From positions 1-14,341 of the forward strand of contig JBMGUZ010000068.1 of the NCBI GenBank assembly GCA_051530055.1: a stretch of 14,341 nt of DNA. The letters are read 5' to 3'. This document shows positions 11,200 to 14,341 of the stretch, piece by piece; position 1 is the stretch's first letter; the number at the start of each line of letters is the position of its first letter. This stretch comes from Neoechinorhynchus agilis. Taxonomy: Eukaryota; Animalia; Acanthocephala. The translations under genes were made by a program, and so were the position numbers. The notes under the pieces are model-generated. The model saw nothing but the letters and a program-made list of their open reading frames with translations, was not told the origin of the DNA and ran no database searches.

Positions 11200-12488
11200 G
11201 GTAAAACATCGGATCAACCGGATTTTAGAACCGAAAATATCGCGTCAAGATGCGGAATGATTAGCCCCAGAATCGGCTGTATTCTTTTTATTAATCTGTT
11301 CTTGTGGTCAAATCACCGGTAAAACATCGGATCAACCGGATTTTAGAACCAAAAAGATCGCGTCCAGATGCGGACCGATTAGCCCCAGAATCTGCTGTAT
11401 TCTCTTTATAAATCTGTTTTTGCGGTCAAATCACCGGTAAAACATCGGATCAACCGGATTTTAGAACCGAAAAGATCGCGTCCAGATGCGGACCGATTAG
11501 CCCCAGAATCGGCTGTATTCTCTTTATAAATCTGTTCTTGCGGTCAAATCACCGGTAAAACATCGGATCAACCGGATTTTAGGACCAGATCGCGTCAGAT
11601 GCGAACCGATTAGCCCCAGAATCGGCTGTATTCTATTTATAAATCTGTTCTTGCGGTCAAATCACGGTAAAACATCGGATCTACCGGATTTTAGAACCGA
11701 AAAGATCGCGTCCAGATGCGAACCGATTAGCCCCAGAATCGGCTGTATTCTCTTTATAAATCTGTTCTTGCGGTCAAATCACCGGTAAAACATCGGATCT
11801 ACCGGATTTTAGGACCGAAAAGATCGCGTCCAGATGCGAACCGATTAGCCCCAGAATCGGCTGTATTCTCTTTATAAATCTGTTCTTGCGGTCAAATCAC
11901 CGGTAAAACATCGGATCAGCCGGATTTTAGAACCGAAAATATCGCGTCAAGATGCGGACCGATTAATCCCAGAATCGGCTGTATCCTATTTATAAATCTG
12001 TTCTTGATGTCAAATCACGGTAAAACATCCGATCTACCGGATTTTAGGACCGAAAAGATCGCGTCCAGATGCGAACCGATTAGCCCCAGAATCGGCTGTA
12101 TTCTCTTTATAAATCTGTTCTTGAGGTCAAATCAATGGTAAAACATCGGATAAACCGGATTTCAGAACCGAAAAGATCGCGTCAAGATTCGGACCGATTA
12201 ATCCCAGAATCGGCTGTATTCAATTTAAAAATCTGTTCTTGCTGTCAAATCACGGTAAAACATCCGATCTACCGGATTTTAGGACCGAAAAGATCGCGTC
12301 CAGATGCGAACCGATTAGCCCCAGAATCGGCTGTATTCTATTTATAAATCTGTTCTTGCTGTCAAATCACGGTAAAACATCCGATCTACCGGATTTTAGG
12401 ACCCAAAAGATCGCGTCCAGATGCGAACCGATTAGCCCCAGAATCGGCTGTATTCTCTTTATAAATCTGTTCTTGCGGTCAAATCACC

Positions 12489-14137
12489 GGTAAAACATCG
12501 GATCTACCGGATTTTAGAACCGAAAAGATCGCGTCCAGATGCGGACCGATTAGCCCCAGAATCGGCTGTATTCTCTTTATAAATCTGTTTTTGCGGTCAA
12601 ATCACCGGTAAAACATCGGATAAACCGGATTTTAGAACCGAAAATATCGCGTCAAGATGCGGACTGATTAGCCCCAGAATCGGCTGTATTCTCTTTATAA
12701 ATCTGTTCTTGCGGTCAAATCACCGGTAAAACATCGGATAAACCGGATTTTAGAACCGAAAAGATCGCGTCAAGATGCGGACCGATTAGTTCCAGAATCG
12801 GCTTTATTCTCTTTATAAATCTGTTCTTGCGGTCAAATCACCGGTAAAACATCGGATCAACCGGATTTTAGAACCAAAAAGATCGCGTCCAGATGCGGAC
12901 CGATTAGCCCCAGAATCGGCTGTATTCTCTTTATAAATCTGTTCTTGCGGTCAAATCACCGGTAAAACATCGGATCAACCGGATTTTAGAACCGAAAAGA
13001 TCGCGTCCAGATGCGGACCGATTAGCCCCAGAATCGGCTGTATTCTCTTTATAAATCTGTTCTTGCGGTCAAATCACCGGTAAAACATCGGATCAACCGG
13101 ATTTTAGAACCGAAAAGATCGCGTCAAGATGCGAACCGATTAGCCCCAGAATCGGCTGTATTCTCTTTATAAATCTGTTCTTGCGGTCAAATCACCGGTA
13201 AAACATCGGATCAACCGGATTTTAGAACCGAAAAGATCGCGTCCAGATGCGAACCGATTAGCCCCAGAATCGGCTGTATTCTCTTTATAAATCTGTTCTT
13301 GCGGTCAAATCACCGGTAAAACATCGGATCAACCGGATTTTAGAACCGAAAAGATCGCGTCAAGATGCGGACCGATTAATCCCAGAATCGGCTGTATTCT
13401 ATTTATAAATCTGTTCTTGCGGTCAAATCACGGTAAAACATCCGATCAACCGGATTTTAGAACCGAAAAGATCGCGTCAAGATGCGGACCGATTAATCCA
13501 GAATCGGCTGTATTCTCTTTATAAATCTGTTCTTGCTGTCAAATCACGGTAAAACATCCGATCAACCGGATTTTAGAACCGAAAAGATCGCGTCAAGATG
13601 CGGACCGATTAGCCCCAGAATCGGCTGTATTCTCTTTATAAATCTGTTCTTGCGGTCAAATCACCGGTAAAACATCGGATCAACCGGATTTTAGAACCGA
13701 AAAGATCGCGTCCAGATGCGGACCGATTAGCCCCAGAATCGGCTGTATTCTCTTTATAAATCTGTTCTTGCGGTCAAATCACCGGTAAAACATCGGATCA
13801 ACCGGATTTTAGAACCGAAAAGATCGCGTCCAGATGCGGACCGATTAGCCCCAGAATCGGCTGTATTCTCTTTATAAATCTGTTCTTGCGGTCAAATCAC
13901 CGGTAAAACATCGGATCAACCGGATTTTAGAACCGAAAAGATCGCGTCCAGATGCGGACCGATTAGCCCCAGAATCGGCTGTATTCTCTTTATAAATCTG
14001 TTCTTGCGGTCAAATCACCGGTAAAACATCGGATCAACCGGATTTTAGAACCGAAAAGATCGCGTCCAGATGCGAACCGATTAGCCCCAGAATCGGCTGT
14101 ATTCTCTTTATAAATCTGTTCTTGCGGTCAAATCACC
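12489..14137. repeat. Y-dominated (118-bp) domain with several identical monomers
   Basis: 12 of the 14 units are 118 bp. Units at 12961, 13666, 13784 and 13902 are identical to each other and to the unit at 11436. Confidence 0.88.
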
Positions 14138-14341
14138 GGTAAAACATCGGATCAACCGGATTTTAGAACCGAAAAGATCGCGTCAAGATGCGGACCGATT
14201 AATCCCAGAATCGGCTGTATTCTATTTATAAATCTGTTCTTGCGGTCAAATCACCGGTAAAACATCGGATCAACCGGATTTTAGAACCGAAAAGATCGCG
14301 TCAAGATGCGGACCGATTAATCCCAGAATCGGCTGTATTCT

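Larger units (their letters stand above)
1..14341. repeat. Tandem satellite array, 117/118-bp monomer, 121 complete copies plus 2 partial, single orientation, runs off both window edges
   Basis: The anchor GGTAAAACATC recurs at 106, 223, 341, 458, 575, 692, 809, 927 ... 14020, 14138, 14256 (122 starts), almost always 117 or 118 bp apart. Representative 118-bp unit (13666-13783): GGTAAAACATCGGATCAACCGGATTTTAGAACCGAAAAGATCGCGTCCAGATGCGGACCGATTAGCCCCAGAATCGGCTGTATTCTCTTTATAAATCTGTTCTTGCGGTCAAATCACC, 46% GC. There is no unique spacer or non-repeat sequence anywhere. Confidence 0.99.

Noticed and set aside
11554-11665. 112-bp monomer (GGACCAGATCGCGTCAGAT)
   Set aside because: Single occurrence with small deletions at an A-run and a CC/CA site, a typical error context. 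It cannot be separated from an artefact.
91-12493. The 14 ORFs in the supplied track as protein-coding genes
   Set aside because: They are translations of the satellite: 13 read the same frame, starting at the repeat's TTG and mostly ending at the next 118-bp junction, and the ORFs at 4261 and 12135 depend on local mutations or frame changes. I recognise no domain, and frame-breaking length variants are the majority.
1-14341. CRISPR array
   Set aside because: There are no unique spacers. The full 117/118-bp unit repeats, and no leader or cas gene is present.
1-14341. Tandem tRNA, 5S rRNA or snRNA gene array (5S is ~120 nt)
   Set aside because: I recognise no 5S sequence, no cloverleaf or convincing A/B boxes, and there is no spacer between units. 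An Rfam/Infernal scan would be decisive.
1-14341. Assignment to a known ~118-bp satellite such as cereal pSc119.2, or to a host taxon
   Set aside because: Only the length matches. I see no sequence similarity that I can support and cannot run a database search.

Overview
The whole 14,341-bp window is one uninterrupted, head-to-tail tandem array (satellite DNA) of a 117/118-bp monomer. It holds 121 complete units phased at GGTAAAA (first at 106, last partial unit at 14256) plus partial units at both ends, all in one orientation. I find no supportable gene, RNA gene, transposon or CRISPR array. The listed ORFs arise because the 117-bp variant equals 39 stop-free codons in one frame. The structure worth noting is internal: (i) two monomer subfamilies (X, 117 bp; Y, 118 bp) with about 9 linked diagnostic sites, arranged as XX runs, XY 235-bp dimers and YY runs, with Y becoming more common towards the 3' end; (ii) nested duplications traceable by rare variants (dimer, trimer, a block at 11-monomer spacing, and a degenerate ~2.0-2.2 kb higher-order unit); (iii) deletions that match the monomer's own hairpin and direct-repeat motifs. 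I cannot name the satellite family or host from the sequence. All counts were made by hand.
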